Below the pieces are notes generated by a model. That model did not search any database and was not told where the DNA came from. It saw nothing but the letters and a program-made list of their open reading frames with translations. Positions 62,909 to 64,000 of a stretch of 64,000 nucleotides of DNA are shown here, piece by piece (the first letter of the stretch is position 1; every line of letters starts with the position of its first letter). A program made the position numbers and the translations under genes. The stretch spans positions 744,001-808,000 of the forward strand of contig JAYWIR010000050.1 in NCBI GenBank assembly GCA_036172245.1. Reading direction: 5' to 3'. The stretch comes from Raillietiella orientalis (Eukaryota).

Positions 62909-63000
62909 CCATTCCTTTCAAAGCAGCACAGGATTGCCGTGGAAGGAAAGAAGAAACACTTTGTTATTTCTTCAATAAAATACAAAAAGTCATCTATATT

Positions 63001-64000
63001 TCAATTTGTTTCACATGGTGCTTTATAACATGTTGTGTTATGTCTTGGCCAGTGTTGCACTTGACATGATCTGTGTTTTAGAAAAGGGTTTACGATTAAT
63101 TATAAAGTTGTAGAGTAGATGGAAGTGCATACCTGCTGCAGTACCATTCAGCCTTACACTGTGAGCAACGCTTGGTGGCTGGGCTTCCACAATTGGCACA
63201 TTTTGTAGCAGTGCGCAAAAGAGCTTCCAGCTGATCCAGATTATAAATATCTGCCAATCTGGAACTTTTTGTTTGAATTTGTGTTGCAAACATTGCTACC
63301 TTTGTGCCTGTTGCTGAAGTGATGCAGAGTTATTCTGGAAAAACTCGGACAACTGTTTCTCTGCAATTTGTTTCCAGTGGCCTTGGGCAGAGCGAAGGAT
63401 GGCTTCTTTAATGGGGGATATGGCCTCCAGAATAAAAGATGGCTTTGGGGGAGAAACTGCACTCATAGATAATTGTGCCAGAAAGTGTTGTAATTCTTTT
63501 AATAAAGGTATTTGAATGAGCAGTGTCTGATTGATGTAGGATTGCAGCTGGGGAATTTTAAGAATTCAGCGTGAGTGGTAGCATTTAGTCTCATACTTGC
63601 ATCAGTTCCTGTTTGCGATATGCATCCAAATCATATTGCTGCATGCAACGGGGAGAGCTTAAGATGTAGTAAAGTGCCACCCATGCTTGAGCCTGTTGTT
63701 TAACTATAGTACTGGTTTCTGAAACCGTCACTCTTATCCATTCTCCCTCTGTGTAAAGGGTTTAGCTTGATCCTGAAAACAGGTGTTCTACCGTTATACT
63801 GACTGACTGTCCCGTTATCTAATCGTGCCCATGGTGCTGTTTTGATTATTGCAGCTAGTAATAGAGGAACATCATGAAGATCTAGAAGGCGTGGTAGCAC
63901 AGCTGCAGGTAGACTGAAAGCACTCATGAACAACAGGGAAACGTGTGATTTTACTTGTCAATTTGCTCTGCAAGTGTTTGCAGCACAGATAAACTCTTCA
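63001..64000 (-). CDS. ZMYND10: Zinc finger MYND domain-containing protein 10 (axonemal dynein assembly factor), 3' part
   Basis: Exons >64000-63955, 63913-63792, 63748-63597, 63547-63300, 63258-63133, 63070-63001. Motifs KSLSVL, LLDLHDVPLLL..APW, QAWVALY, LQHFLAQL, GHWKQIAEKQL, YNLDQLEA, and MYND finger CANCGSPATKRCSQCKAEWYCSRSCQVQHWPRHNTTC. Confidence 0.93.

Overview
Animal (invertebrate-type) nuclear DNA with three compositional zones. (1) About 1-34 kb is very GC-rich. It carries a large multi-exon + strand gene (at least 17 exons, 1105-22188, 5' end not found) for a type I membrane protein: C-type lectin-CUB-C-type lectin-CUB-CUB-CUB(divergent)-3xEGF-TM, then a ~940-aa cytoplasmic tail ending in a PDZ-type motif (QSFV). 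This zone also has a canonical RFX X-box at 27042 between two candidate divergent small genes, and dispersed GC-rich repeats (L1/Tx1-like LINE 3' ends, tRNA-like SINE heads, unclassified families). (2) About 34-54 kb is a transposon graveyard: several piggyBac remnants including a TTAA-bounded deletion derivative, two probable P-element/THAP9-like remnants, a hAT-type end, and a ~700-bp near-identical inverted pair of LINE-derived sequence. (3) About 54.6-64 kb is AT-rich, with compact genes and 41-62 nt introns: the Rieske Fe-S subunit UQCRFS1 (complete) and the 3' part of ZMYND10. All gene models were built by eye from splice signals and reading-frame phase; no database searches were run. 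Most ORFs in the supplied track are GC-content artefacts.
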